Source: Eledone cirrhosa (lineage: Eukaryota). From it: DNA of 64,000 nt. Position numbers and translations under genes: made by a program. The notes under the pieces are model-generated. The model was not told the DNA's origin. It ran no database searches and saw only the letters and a program-made list of their open reading frames with translations. Positions 24,441-41,262 of this stretch are shown here, in pieces (position 1 is the stretch's first letter; the number at the start of each line of letters is the position of its first letter). The stretch lies in the NCBI GenBank assembly GCA_964016885.1, contig OZ024744.1, forward strand, positions 46,190,001 to 46,254,000, given 5' to 3'.

Positions 24441-26578
24441 CGCTGATAAGAAGGTAGCTTGGAAGTGTCATTACGAAAGGCTACTAAATGAGGAGAATAA
24501 ATGGGAGAAAGACAGTCTCCCCACATCAATCCAATGGAGGGACCAGCAGTGTTAGTTGAAGGTAGTATAATAAGTAAGAGAATCAAAGAAATGAAGACGG
24601 GTAAGGCGGCTGGGCCTTCAGAAATAGTTGCTGAAATGCTGAAAGCATCTGGAACGGTGGGAGACACTATGGTCACCTGGATAGTAAACCAAGTCATACA
24701 GAATGGGGCCGTTGCGAAGGACTGGCGTAGCAGCATCATCATTAACTGCTACAAGGGTAAAGAAGATGCCCTAGATAGGGGTAACTATAGAGGCATTACA
24801 TTAATCGAACAGGTCATGAAGGTCACAGAAAAAGTAATAGCGCAACTAATCAGAGAACGAATTGATCTGGATGAAATGCAGTTCGGGTTTGTGTCAGGTA
24901 AAAGTACCACAGACGCTCTTTTCATTGTACGACAACTACAGGAGAAGTACCTAGCTAAAAGTAAACCCCTCTACTTAGCATTTGTTGACTTGGAGAAAGC
25001 CTTTGACAGAGTCCCCCACTCAATTATCTGGTGGGTTCTTAGAAAACTAGGTGTTGATGAATGGCTTGTGAGAGCTATACAAGCCATGTATAAAGAAACA
25101 GTGAGCAAGGTTAGAATTAACAACGAATATAGTGAAGAGTTTAGAGTAAAAGTTGGTGTTCATCAGGCCTTCGTTCTTAGCCCCCTACTATTTATTATTG
25201 CCCTTCAGGCTATAACAGGGGAGTTCAAGACCGGCTGCCCATGGGAACTTCTATATGCAGATGATCTAACGCTCATAGCTGAATCAATGGCTGAACTATA
25301 GAATAAATTCCAAACATGGAAGCATGGCCTAGATTCAAAAGGCCTTAAAGTTAACTTGTCTAAGACTAAAGTTCTAGTTTGTAGGAAGGAAAATAGGGCA
25401 CCGGTCCCATCTGGCAAATGGCCATGCTCAGTGTGTAGGAAAAGAGTAGGTAGAAACTCCATTTTATGTCCCAAATGCAAAGTATGGGTGCATAAAAAAT
25501 GTAGTGGGATCACAGGTATCTAACTAAGAACATAGATTTTATATGTGGCCGGTGCTCTGGTGCAATAAGTAGCAGCAAGTGCCCACAGAATACTAGCTCA
25601 TTCCATTGCACAGATGGTTCTATAAAAATAGTGGACACCTTCCGCTACCTGGGTGACAAAATCAGCAGTGGTGGAGGGTGCTCTGAAAGTACAGTAGCTA
25701 AAGTCAGAACTGGATGGAAAAAGTTCAGAAAGCTTATACCACTATTAGCCGCTAAAGGGTTCTCTCTAAAAATGAAAGGCAGGCTGTATGATACCTGCAT
25801 ACGAACAGCAATGTTACATGGCAGTGAGACCTGGGCATTGTGTGCAGAGGATATACGCAGACTGGAGAGGAACGAAGCTTGCATGCTCCGCTGGATGTGA
25901 ACGGCAAAGCATAAACGAACTAAAGAAACAATTAGAAATAAGGGGGATCAGATGTTGTTTACTCGAGAGAAGACTACGTTAGTATGGTCACGTGATGCGC
26001 ATGGAAGACGACAGCTGTATAAAAAAGTGCAGGGCAATAAAAATAGATGGCAGCCACAGAGTAGGCAGACCCAGAAAAACCTGGGACGACTTGATCAATT
26101 CCGACCTCACACACTTACACCTCTCCAAGACAATGTCACTGGACTGAGATCTTTGGCGCTACACAGTAATACAGAAGACCCGCCTTACCTAAGTACAAAG
26201 TGAAACCTACTACAGTCAGTAGGCACCTCTAACAAAATGCACCCCCGTCCCACTACCCCCACCCCATACACACCACCCTTTCAATGTAAAGTTATGTTGG
26301 TACCACAACATCCAGTCCGAAACAAATGAGGTCGTGTAGGTGTCACGATAAAACAACACACAGTCCACGCTGTAATGTGGCCGTGTAGGTAACACGGTAA
26401 AAACCTCCCAGTCCACACTGTAAACGTGGTTGGTGTTAGGAAGGGCATCCAGCCGTAGAAAACCCGCCAGACAGTCCTATGCGAGCAAGACAACCACTCT
26501 TGCCTCAAGTGGGAAAACTCCCGTCCAAACCCATGCAAGCGTGGAAGATGGACGTTAAACGATGATGATGATGATGAT
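24439..26578 (+). mobile_element. 5'-truncated RTE LINE (RT, PHD-like finger, 3' UTR, (GAT)n tail)
   Basis: ORF 24501-25301 (NYRGITL, FVDLEKAFD, LLYADDL) and 25631-25900 (FRYLG, LHGSETW). Tail GATGATGAT at 26561-26578. Confidence 0.93.
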
Positions 26579-27524
26579 ATATATATTTTATTATTTTTAT
26601 TTTTTTATACATTAATCAAAGGGAAGAAATATATTGACATATATCAAAGATTACCACAATAACTAGGTAGCGGAGGACAAGATATGCTGGACATTGCTAC
26701 TGAGGGTAGGATGAGCTGGTTATTGTTGTGGATACCTAAACATTGTAAGACCCTAGTGGGATGACTGAGATTGACCTACATAGATCAGATGTCTCAGGAT
26801 GTCCAGCGGGAGATTAATGATCTCAGCAATGCAATGGAAGATCGTGATATCTAAAAAAGAAGAGTAGAATTGTTCTGGCCAATCCACCTGACCTAATAAT
26901 TTTAAACTATAATAAAGTAAGGATTGCGGGACTGTGTACAGTTTATAATTTTTCATCCCATTAGTAAAATAAGTTGCATCACTTCGAATAAATAATAAAT
27001 GAATATTACATAATTTATCTACTAAATTTCGTGGCTGTTGATTAAATATATTTTGTTTATTTAAAGATTCACTTCTTTAAAATTTTCAAATGTCAACACT
27101 TGCGGTTGGCCATCGCTTAAATAAACATTCATATATTTCCATCACTAATTTTCTCCTAATGCAGTTTATATATAATATCGTCTTTTTTAATGTATCATGG
27201 ATTACGTTACTGATTAAATAAGACAGTGTAACGCAGTCTTCGTTCAATTTCTATGTATTATATATTGTCAACTAAGATTTTATTTCATGTATCATATCTA
27301 CATGTATATATACCTTCGTATAATATCAATATGCACACTACACATGCTAGCAGAAAATAATATTAATATATATTGATGAACATTTATTATGGTGAAATAG
27401 GTTGGAAATCATTCTCAGAGGTTTTGTATTGTAATTAACAAATACACCCTGTAGAAAGTACCCCTACATATTATTTGTCATTAGGGGCTATTACAGAGAC
27501 ACAATCTCATTTCATTGTTGAGAG

Positions 27525-27745
27525 TGGTGGATTTGCAGAATCAGTAGAGTGTCAGATGATATGCCTTGTGTCATAAAGTTACAGTCCTTTATGCTCTGGG
27601 TTTAAATCATGCCATGGTCAACTTTGACTTTCATCCATTCAAGGTTGATAAAAAACAGTAACAGTAATGCACTGGGTCTGATTTAATTGGCATTCCTCTT
27701 TCTCTTCAAATTGCTGACCTTGAGTCAAAGTAGAAACATTTATTT
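27525..27745 (+). mobile_element. Older diverged tRNA-SINE
   Basis: Degenerate A and B boxes plus TTTCATCC..GGTTGATAAA core. Similar old copies at about 33350-33840, 41280-41720, 46095-46400 (-) and 58915-59105 (-). Confidence 0.65.
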
Positions 27746-28814
27746 AAAGTCTATCACTTTCTCCCTCTTATTCTCTCTCCTTCTCTGGAAGAAATCAACT
27801 GTTCAAACCTGGAGAGTGAAGGGCTCCACCAAGCTTCAAGTGTCCAGTGACACCCCTATGACTACATCATTAAAAAAAAGACATTGATGTGTTTATGTGT
27901 TTATTTTGTAAACCTTAACCGGTTTATATTTATGACAAAATATCCATATGTGTAAATAAAAACAATTGCATAACTTTAATATTTGTTGGATGGTACTTTC
28001 ATGACAGTTGAAATTTTGACTTTTTAAAAAAATAATTCACATTTGAAAATAGTTTACAACTTTCTTCTCTTTTTCTTCACCCATTTATTTCTGAGGGGGT
28101 TGTAGGGGTAGAGTCCTCACACACCCCTTCTAGGTCCTATGTGTGTAACATTTCCTATTTACACTACACACACACAACAACACATCACCATGCACACACA
28201 CACACCACATCATACCACATACCACACCACAACATACACATACAAACCAGGTAGTTATACCAACCCAGTATCTTGACTTTAGTGATTGTTTTATAATAAA
28301 TCTCAACATCTCAGTTCTTACCAAGTGGAATGGAACTCATCAGATTGGACCAAGGAAACAATGTTTCCATTGGTCTTTCCAATTGATGATATTGAATCGG
28401 ATTAGAAAGAAAGAAAAAAAAAATAGAGAATATATTTATTTGCCGTTGTGTTGCCAAACGATGCCAAAAGCCTTTGACCTGCATCTTTGGTCAAGAAGGC
28501 CATTCAAGCATCACTCACAGAAGCTGATACAGCAGCCTGCTTGACAGCCGATATAGGCAGCACCAACAATTATCACTACCATTAACAAGAGGAAGGCAGC
28601 GACAATAACAACGACCCCGCATCTTCGGTTAAAGAAGGTGTTCGAGCCCCAGCAACCAGCCTGGCAGCCCGAATAGGTATCAGTTTCAACTACCACCATC
28701 ATCAACAAGAGGAAGGCAGCGACACCAGTGGTAACATTAACAACAACAACATGTGTATACACCAACAACTTACCAGCAAACACTACCACTACCATTAACT
28801 AATTGTCTCCATTG

Positions 28815-29325
28815 ATTTCAGTTGGTGGCAGCTTGTTGACATCCATGCCAGCTGATGTTGACTGTTTGTGGGTCATTTTGGAATGTGATCCACCAGGTCA
28901 TCTTCGGTCGGCTTCTTTTCCACTTGCCTTCAAGGGGAACCCATGTCATCGCTGTTTTGGACAGGTGATCTGGTAGGTGCAGTATGTGACCTGCAAAATG
29001 GAACCAACGTTCCATGATGATCTTCTGCTGTGTATGTGACCCTGCTCTCCACAGGATCTACCAGCTGACCTTTAGAATCTTATGCAGGCTCCTTTAATGG
29101 AAAGTGTTTAGATACCTATCCATCTTCACAGTGTGTTTCCATTTTTCACAGTCCGAGATGGGCTTAGGAAGTACAATGCTAATGTACAAGCGCAGCTTGA
29201 AATACAAGCTGATGGCTCTGTTTGACCAAATTGAGTGCATCCATTGGAACACCGCAGTCACCTTTACAACCCTGCAGTTGATGTCCAGCTCAAAGTTGCG
29301 GCTGTTGCTCAGGATACTGCCAAGT
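28815..29325 (-). mobile_element. Decayed RTE-like LINE 3' fragment
   Basis: RWFHFAGHILHLP...WVPLEGKWKRSRPKMTW resembles the RTE C-terminus. Confidence 0.7.
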
Positions 29326-29449
29326 ATGTATAGAAGATATATACATATATTGTATATATTAGTGTATCAATAGTTGATCGACTTTAGTGAAATCGGACCG
29401 AAAAAACAATGTTTCCATTGGACTTTCCAATTACTAATACTATCTATCG

Positions 29450-29582
29450 GTCGCAACTCCAGGTAGAAGGAGCAACGTGAAATAAAGTGTCTTGCTCAAG
29501 GAAATAACGCATCGCCCGGTCCCAGAATCAATCTCTCATCCTCACGATTGCGAATCCAATTCTCTAACCACTCAGCCACGCG
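29450..29582 (-). mobile_element. tRNA-headed SINE of a second family (5' part)
   Basis: The minus strand reads GTGGCTGAGTGGTTAGAG (A box) ... TCCTTGAGCAAGACACTT. Confidence 0.6.
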
Positions 29583-29678
29583 TCTGTATATAGGGTATAT
29601 ATCAGTTGTGATGACACTGGCAGCAAGTTATATCAGCTATTGACCTCACTTTGGATACCATCATATATTGTATGTAGA

Positions 29679-29745
<67 letters not shown>

Positions 29746-29749
<4 letters not shown>

Positions 29750-31312
29750 TAGAAATTCCAGAAAACAGAACCGAGATACTTCAGGGAAATGGCCTTGTCC
29801 AGTATGTAGGAAAGGCATTGGTAGACATTCCATCCTCTGCCCCATATGGAGAATATAGGTACACAAGAGATGTAGTGGGATCTCAGTAAGTTTAGCTAAG
29901 AATGTAGGCTTTACGTGTGGCAGATGCACTGGAACAGAAAGCAGCAAACGATCGCAAGATACAAGCGCTACCCAATTCTAAGAGGGCTCTGTAGAAACAG
30001 TAGATAGCTTCTGCTACTTAGGTGACTGAATGAGCAGCAATGTTGGATGTGCTGAAAGTACAGTAACCAGAGTAAGAACGAGATGAAGGAAGTTCAGGGA
30101 GCTACTGCCACTGCTGGCTCAAAAGTTTCTCCCTCAGAATGAAAGGCAGATGGTATTCGTATGTACAGCTATGTTACATGGTAGTGACACTTTGGTGCTG
30201 CATGCAGAATACTTGTGTAGATTGGAAAGAAATGAAGCCTGCAAGCTCCGGTGGATGTGTAATAGTAATATGCGAGAAAGTCGAAGCATAAATGAACTGA
30301 GAGAGAAACTAGGCATAAGAGAAATCAAATGCTGTGTGCAGGAGAGGAGATTGCATTGGTATGGACATGTGTTGCGTATGAAGGATGACAGCTGCATAAA
30401 AAAGTGCAGAGGGCTCAGTTGTTGGAAGCCTTGGAGTTGGGAGACCTTGGAAGACCTGAGGTGAGGTGATACAAGCCGACCTTGCCCAATTGTACCTCTC
30501 AGAGGCGATGACACATGACCGGGATCTCTGGCAATGTGCAGTAATACAGAAGACCCGACTTACCAGGAACACAAGCTGAAGCATATGTACAGCATGCCCC
30601 CCACCCTCCCAGCCCACATTGTAAAGTGGACATGTGAAAGACACAGCAAAAAGCACCCAGCCCACACTGTAAAGTGGACATGTGAAAGACACAGCAAAAA
30701 GCAGCCAGCCCATGCTGTGAAGTGGAACATATGTGAAAGACACAGCAAAAAGCAGCCAGCCCATGCTGTAAAGTGGACATGTGAAAGACACAGCAAAAAG
30801 CACCAAGCCCATGCTGTAAAGTGGACGTGTGAAAGACACAGCAAAAAGCACCCAGCCCACACTGTAAAGTGGACGTGTGAAAGACACCGAAAAAAAGCAC
30901 CCAGCCCATGCTGTAAAGTAGACATGTGAAAGACACAGCAAAAAGCACCCAACCCATGCTGTAAAGTGGACATGTGAAAGACACAGCAAAAAGCACCCAG
31001 CCCATGCTGTAAAGTGGACATGTGAAAGACATGGCAAAAAGCACCCAGCCCATGCTATAAAGTGGACATGTGAGAGACACAGCAAAAAGCACCCAGCCCA
31101 TGCTGTAAAATGGACATGTGAAAGACATGGTAAAAAGCACCCAACCCACACTGTCAATGTGGTTGGCATTAGGAAAGGAATCCAGCCATAGAAAACCAGC
31201 CAGAAACACCCCTATATGAGCTGTCACGGTCACCCGACACAACTTGCCTCAGAATAGGACCTGTGTAACCCATAGAAGATAGATGTTAATCAATGATTTT
31301 GATGATGATGAT
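29746..31312 (+). mobile_element. RTE LINE 3' fragment with an expanded 3'-UTR minisatellite
   Basis: GKWPCPVCRKGIG, LHGSDT and RRLHWYGHV; (GAT)n at about 31301-31312. Confidence 0.85.
30610..31155. repeat. 48-bp minisatellite, about 11 copies
   Basis: GTGAAAGACACAGCAAAAAGCACCCAGCCCATGCTGTAAAGTGGACAT repeated. Confidence 0.95.
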
Positions 31313-31424
31313 ATATATGTAGTGTATAGATAGTATGTATAGTGCATATATATATATATGATAAATGTTGGTGTCAAGCTGTTTCAGCCATTCCTCTGGA
31401 CATTATATATAGTGTATGTATGTA

Positions 31425-31476
<52 letters not shown>

Positions 31477-31499
31477 TATAAAAAAATTGTAATGTCATA

Positions 31500-31960
31500 T
31501 CCTCTTCCAGTCTTCACAATTTGAGTTAAGCTCTCACAATATTTGCCCCTGACTTTCTTGGTCATCCTCTACTGCAGCTTCCTTCCACTAGGATTTCCTC
31601 AGCTAGTCCAAGCTCTGTATTTCTCTCACATATACAGATCCAACAAAACATGGCTGCTTCATTTTTCTCCAGTCTAATCGCATCATCTGCAGTCACAGCC
31701 CATGTTTCTCTACCATGCAGTATTGTGCACTTCACACAGGCTTTATATACCCTTCCTTTTGTGGGAGAAACCTTATGTTATTAGCAGTAATAGTTCAATA
31801 AACTTCCATCCTATCCTTATTCAAGCCATCATACTCTTGGCACACCGTCCTCTGCTGCTGATTAGGTCACCTAGATAGCAGAAGCTATCAACCACATCTA
31901 TAGATCCTTCCTGTGACTGGAAACGATTAATAACAGTAGCACTCTTCCTCTCAATTTCTG
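31500..31960 (-). mobile_element. Old RTE fragment within a segmentally duplicated block
   Basis: SIDVVDSFCYLGD motif. Paralogues at about 44780-45330 (+) and 58060-58620 (+). Confidence 0.8.
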
Positions 31961-32340
31961 CTGTGCTGCCTAACCAACCACTTCCTCTCAGTCGCCACAC
32001 TGCTAATTTCCTTCTCAAACTTAGAAAGACAACAGCCCACTTGAAGAAGGAGTCCCATGAGGTGGAGTGGATGTTGCAGTGGGTGTCTCTGGCTATTCTT
32101 TGTGGTAACACCTTTGTCATTTTGTCTGTAGGGTGGGGCTGAATAACAGTTCAGACGGGAATATAGTGTCTGTCCCTCACCCTCTCCCATTATTTTCGTT
32201 GCTAGATACGTTTTCGTTACTATATAAAATATAATTAGATTAATTAAAGTTATAATTAAGATAGCAGGCCGTTGACAATGTTTCCCTTTCCGGTTTTTGA
32301 CCGGTGTCATACGTTAAAAGTCCCTAATATAATTTAAAAT

Positions 32341-32830
32341 ATAAATATATTGCCTGTACGTTGATAAACACACACTCTCTCATGTGTAATCGTTTCTTAT
32401 ATTATATATATGTATAAATATTTCGTATCTCCAAGGAAATACGGTTTTAGGAAGCCATAGCTATGCAAACACCAGGGGGCTAATGCCCTCTGGTGATGTC
32501 CAGCAGAATCAAGGGTGACAACCGTCTATGCCTTCCAGGCTTAACTGGCCTCCGTCAGGACGGTCCCACCCACCGCTTGCGACTTTAGTCGCACCAGTTA
32601 AGCCTGAAAGGCATAGAGGGTTGTCCCCCTTGTTTCTGTTGGACATTACCAGAGGGCGTTAACCCCACCGGTGTTTGCATAGCTACGGCTTCCTAAAACC
32701 GTATTTCCTTGGAGATACGAAATATTTTTACATATATATATATATTTATATATATATATATATATATAATATAAGAAACGATTACATACGAGAGTGTGTG
32801 TTTATCAACGTACAGGCAATATATTTATAT
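32341..32830. repeat. GC-rich fold-back element (~205-bp diverged arms, ~45-nt spacer)
   Basis: 32341-32548 is the reverse complement of about 32594-32830, with scattered mismatches and a (TA)n expansion. Confidence 0.85.
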
Positions 32831-34689
32831 TATATATATATATATACACACACACATATATATGCCATTATAGTTTATTGTCACAGCAGGAAAATCTCCA
32901 ATTATAAGTTTACTTGATCATACTAACCTGGGACTTTATTTAAGCCAGACGGTGTTGTCTCCCTTAGCACTAATCACTGAATTAATATCCAGTAACGTCT
33001 GGTTTTCTTCTAGGTTTAGTTAACCCTTTATCATTAACGTTACTCTATATTTACTATTATATTTTCGCAGTAAACATAATTATCTCATAAAATATTGAAT
33101 CTATGAGATTTTGAAATTATTTATTTTGGGAACAATACCTTAATATCAGCATGAGCGGCCTGTTGGGGCCAGTTGGAACAGAAAATGTAAGAGAATTCTG
33201 GCCGGATACGGACGGTTTAGATAAATGATTTAATAAATAACAGCTCTATTGAAACACTACTGTGTTGTTCTGAGATGATTTCAGTAGAATTTCAAATGGT
33301 AGAAGGACAAATATATTCTACATTTACTTTAATATAGATTTAAACAAAGATGGTAGAATGACAGAATTGGTAGAGTGTCAGATAACCTACCATTGCAGTA
33401 TTTTTCCTGGTTCTTAACATTCTGAGTTCAAATCCCACTGAGGTAAATTTTATATTTTATTCTTCTAGGCTAGATAAAATATATTATATGTACTACGGTT
33501 GACTTAATAAATTTTGCCCTTCCCCAAAAATTGGTGGTCTTGAGCCTAATTTACAAATCAATAGATATTTAACAAGTTTGTTGCTTCAAATTTCTCGAAA
33601 CACTTTTATTTAGTGTGACTAGTGCAGTAAATTGGCGTTAATCGGTAGAGCATCAGACAACAAGCTTTGCAACATATAATTATGTCCTGTTACATTCTGT
33701 GTTCAAATCATGCTGAGGGTAGCTTTACTTTTCATCCATACGGGGTTGATAAAATAAAGTACCAGAAATGCACTGAGGTTGATTTAACTTTTCCCACCCC
33801 CAATATTATTGGGCCTGTGCCTACATCAAATACCATTATTTACTGTGTCTAACAACACTCAGTAACCTATACTATCACTACCCCAATGATACCAGCCAAG
33901 ACAGTGTCTCAAAATTCTCACTGGCCTGCAGAAACCCAGGTACCATTTGCCTCATGCTCCTGGCTAAGGACAGAATGGAGAAAGGGTTAACCTGGAAGAT
34001 AGTGAGGGAGATGTGTTGAAGTAGCCATTAAAACCTCTGGGGCCTCACAAGTTTTAAAAACAACAACGTCCAATAGAATTTTAAACATTTCAAATACTAA
34101 TGAAGTGTTTGTGTTTGATTTATTCTAACTACTTTCAAGATATCATTACATATGGTGTTCTTAACAGATATTTAGCTGGGAAAATAACAAAAAGATGGAA
34201 TCACAGCCTGGACAAGTTCCTCAAATGTAACTACTTACTTAACAAAAATAGATTGAATTTCAGGAGATAAATATAATTTATTTAATATATTATGAAAATA
34301 ATTTACTCAAAAAAGAAAGAATAAAACCATGAAAAGACACATACATTACATCAATTACACACCACAAGAGGGAATGTTGGTGTTGACCTCTAACATATCA
34401 GAGACAAGACACAGCTTTACCTCAGATGATAGGTCCTCACTAATGCAATACAACAGGGAATTTTAGGTATTACCGAAAAAAAAGAAATTTTACATTTATA
34501 TCATTAAAAATGAATTTAGGAAGACAAAAGTTAGACATGCACAGAATTTTGATTCCAGTTAAAAATATATTTAAGAAATGGAGTCTGTAGAAATGTTATG
34601 GTTACATTTTTGATGTTGGTGGACAATAAGTTTAGACTGGTAAAAGGAAGGGTATCTCAGGGTTCACAGTTAAATAGTTTTATCCCCAG

Positions 34690-38228
<3,539 letters not shown>

Positions 38229-39086
38229 AGTAATTCTTGAAGAACTCTCAAAACTCGAGATATGTGAATGTACGAGTAACTTTGGGTAAGAAATTGTCTT
38301 CTATGTACTTATATATGATCGGGTGTGTATCGATGTATATGCAAGCAGTCCTAACAAACCCGGATTGTTTATCACGGAGTATAGAAAAGTACACAAAATC
38401 TGCTGTGTTAACAATACATATAATACGTACTTTATATTTCAAGTCCAAGTGTAAAGTCAAGAAAGACCAGGAAAGCTAATTGTTTAGATGTTGGTGATTT
38501 AAACCTATAGCAGGTATGTGGTGTTGACAATGTTTCCCCGCTCTTAAATAAAACCGGTGTCATACGTTAAAAGTCCCTGACATAATTTAATACCTTCAGC
38601 CAGACCTTCAGTTATATCAATTCACTCTATCAATTGTATCCAACCCAAGGTAAAAACAACAATGTCACCCAGTAAAATATTATAATAACATATCAACGAG
38701 GCATTGTCTTACCTTTCTACTTAACCTGTTAGAAATAGCAGCCAAATTACACTCTACTGTCTTAAAACAAAGGAGTTAAACATTCGGCAGTTTAGTCGTG
38801 TATAATTTCCTTAGGGCCTTGTGGTGTGTGGCTGATTGTCACATTCGGTGGTGAATTGTTGGTTGTTTTTGTTGGTAATTTCCTTTCCTCCCGCTTTCAC
38901 CATATATTTAACTGGCTATATATATTTTTTGTGATTTACATGTGTGAGGTTCCTAGCAATAATTAATTGTATTTATATCTGTTTATATTTTTATTTTCTA
39001 AGAACTATAAAAACAATTTGTAATGTTATTTATACAGTTGAATTATTGTATTTATATAGAATATCATACAGATCTACACATATATA

Positions 39087-39656
39087 CAGGGTGGTCGCTA
39101 GAAAAGCGGAAAATTTGTCAAACTGCGATTTACTTTTACAAAGACTGATGTTAAAAACATTACACACACAAATACTCAACATGTTGTCCATGCACTTCAT
39201 GACAGCGTCTTAACCTGGAAACCAAAGCTCAGGTGTTTCGTCCGAAATTCGTTTCTTTGGACCCGTCCCTTGTCAGCGAGCACTAGCTGTTTCATGTCCT
39301 TCACGTTTCAAAATTGCAACAACTTTATCAACCTGATGCCTTATGATCGTTGAAAAAAAAAATTCGGTAACACGGTTAAACATTTTGTCAGACCCCAAGA
39401 TGGCTTTTCAATTATGAACAGAACAATCACCTGCTTTGAAAGTCTGAAAGCTGCTTCCTACTGCTGCTTCCGTCCATGATGTGAGTACCAAAATCGAAAT
39501 CAAAGAAATGAATAAGCAAGACGTAATGAAATCAATGCTTCTTGTGATAGCACACCCATTCGACAACAAAAGAACCAATCAAAAGCCATCAATCATGGGT
39601 TTTATTGATGATCTAAGGTGACCTTCAGATTAGCCGCTTTTCCAGCGACCACCCTG
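39087..39656. mobile_element. Non-autonomous Tc1/mariner element (MITE)
   Basis: TIRs CAGGGTGGTCGCTAGAAAAGCGG / CCGCTTTTCCAGCGACCACCCTG, flanked by TA on both sides. Confidence 0.9.
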
Positions 39657-39663
39657 TATATAT

Positions 39664-39863
39664 ATTGAAATAACAGATGAAAGTTTAAGCAAAGAATAGC
39701 TGCTTTCACCCTTAATGTCATATTAAGGGTGAAAACAGCTATTCTTTGCTTAAAGTTTAATCTGTTATTTTAATAAATATTTGCTCTATGGTTCTTATAT
39801 ATTTGATATATGTTTATCCTTATCGAGCCGTCTTTGGATTTTAGTCTACACATTTATTATTAA

Positions 39864-39870
<7 letters not shown>
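39664..39870 (+). mobile_element. Short fold-back of the CAGAAGA-family tail
   Basis: 39664-39715 is the reverse complement of 39723-39774, then continues like 6710-6810. Confidence 0.75.
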
Positions 39871-39895
<25 letters not shown>

Positions 39896-39897
<2 letters not shown>

Positions 39898-40452
39898 GAA
39901 CGGCAAAGCATAAATGAATTGAGAGAGAGACTGAGCATAAGAGGAATCAAATGCTATGTGCAGGAGAGGCGGTTGCGTTAGTATGGACATGTGATGCGTA
40001 TGAAGGATGACAGCTGCATAAAAGGTACAGAGCACTAGAAGTCAATGGAAACCGCAGAGTGGAGAGACCCAAGAAGACCTGGGATGAGGTGATAAAAGCC
40101 GACTTTACCCAATTACACCTCTCAAAGGTGATGACACACGACCGTGACCTCTGGCATCATGCAGTAATACAGAGTACCCGACCTCCCATGGGTACAATCT
40201 GAAGCATATAGACAATATGCCCCCACCCCCTCCCACTGTAAAGTGGACGTGTAGATGCCACAGAAAAAAGCACCCAGCACTCACTGTAAATGAGGTTGGT
40301 GTTAGGAAGGGCATCCAGCTGTAGAAATCAAGCCAAAATCAGTTCCTGTATGAGCAAGGCATGGTCAGCCGACCAGACACTGCCCACAACAGGACAACCC
40401 GTCTAACCCATGCTAGCATGGAAGAACGGACGTAAAACGGTGATGATGATGA
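39896..40452 (+). mobile_element. RTE LINE 3' end
   Basis: ERQSINELRERL..QERRLR, the shared 3' UTR and a (GAT)n tail. Confidence 0.88.
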
Positions 40453-41089
40453 TATATATATATATGGACATTTAGCAGATAAGTCTTTAGCTAGATGTTG
40501 TTGGCAAGTGAAGTCGATCTCAGTGAGTTGAGAAAAGTTATGCCATAGTTAAGGAAACAAAAGATGTACTCACTTGTAGTGTGAAGGGATGAAATTAATT
40601 TTCCAATATCATGTCGGGGTCACCATTTTGGCAGAAATAGAAGTTATTTGGTTGAACCACTTTAGCAGATGAGATATTTAGTAGATAGAAAGATCATCTC
40701 TGAAGAATTTATTTTTTAAGATGTGTGAAGATTCAATGGAGGCAGAAATTATCAGAAGGCTGTTAAAGCATGATATAAAGGTTTATTTTCTTCTTAAAAT
40801 ATTACAATAAAATGCTAGATGCCGTTGTGGCATATATCTAGGTTGCTGGGCCCTTGCCGAGAGGGCCAAAGTTTCTTGTTTCGTGCTAGATGTAGCTAGT
40901 ATCGACTGGGAATGTAATTAGTTAGGTCGTGTCTCCTCGAAGTGAAAAAAAAGGCGAATTTGTTTTGTTGAGCGGAAATATGTACCTGATATTTCTACTC
41001 CGCCGACTTACCAAGCACAAGCCAATTGTTCCGCCTCAGTAAACAGTGCCTTTGCTTACTTCAGACATAGTATTTCCCACTTATTTAAC

Positions 41090-41262
41090 AGTGATAAGCT
41101 TTTTCTCCAGTATATGATGTTATGTCGGTCTTCAAATAAGTGTCTTTCTTGAAACATTATCCACACATTTCACAGTGACAGGAATCTTCTCCAGTGTCAC
41201 TATTTATGTCTTCTACAAGATGAGAATTATGTGACAGACTTACCACATATTTCACAGTGATA
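41090..41262 (-). pseudogene. Degenerate C2H2 finger remnant
   Basis: CACATATTTCACAGTGA and TTTTCTCCAGT (HCEIC / TGEK on the minus strand). Confidence 0.6.

Noticed and set aside
32535-32680. Twister ribozyme (UAAC..GCC..GUCCCA..GAGGG words)
   Set aside because: The words are present but P2, P4 and the pseudoknots cannot be paired consistently. Kept only as an unknown structured element.
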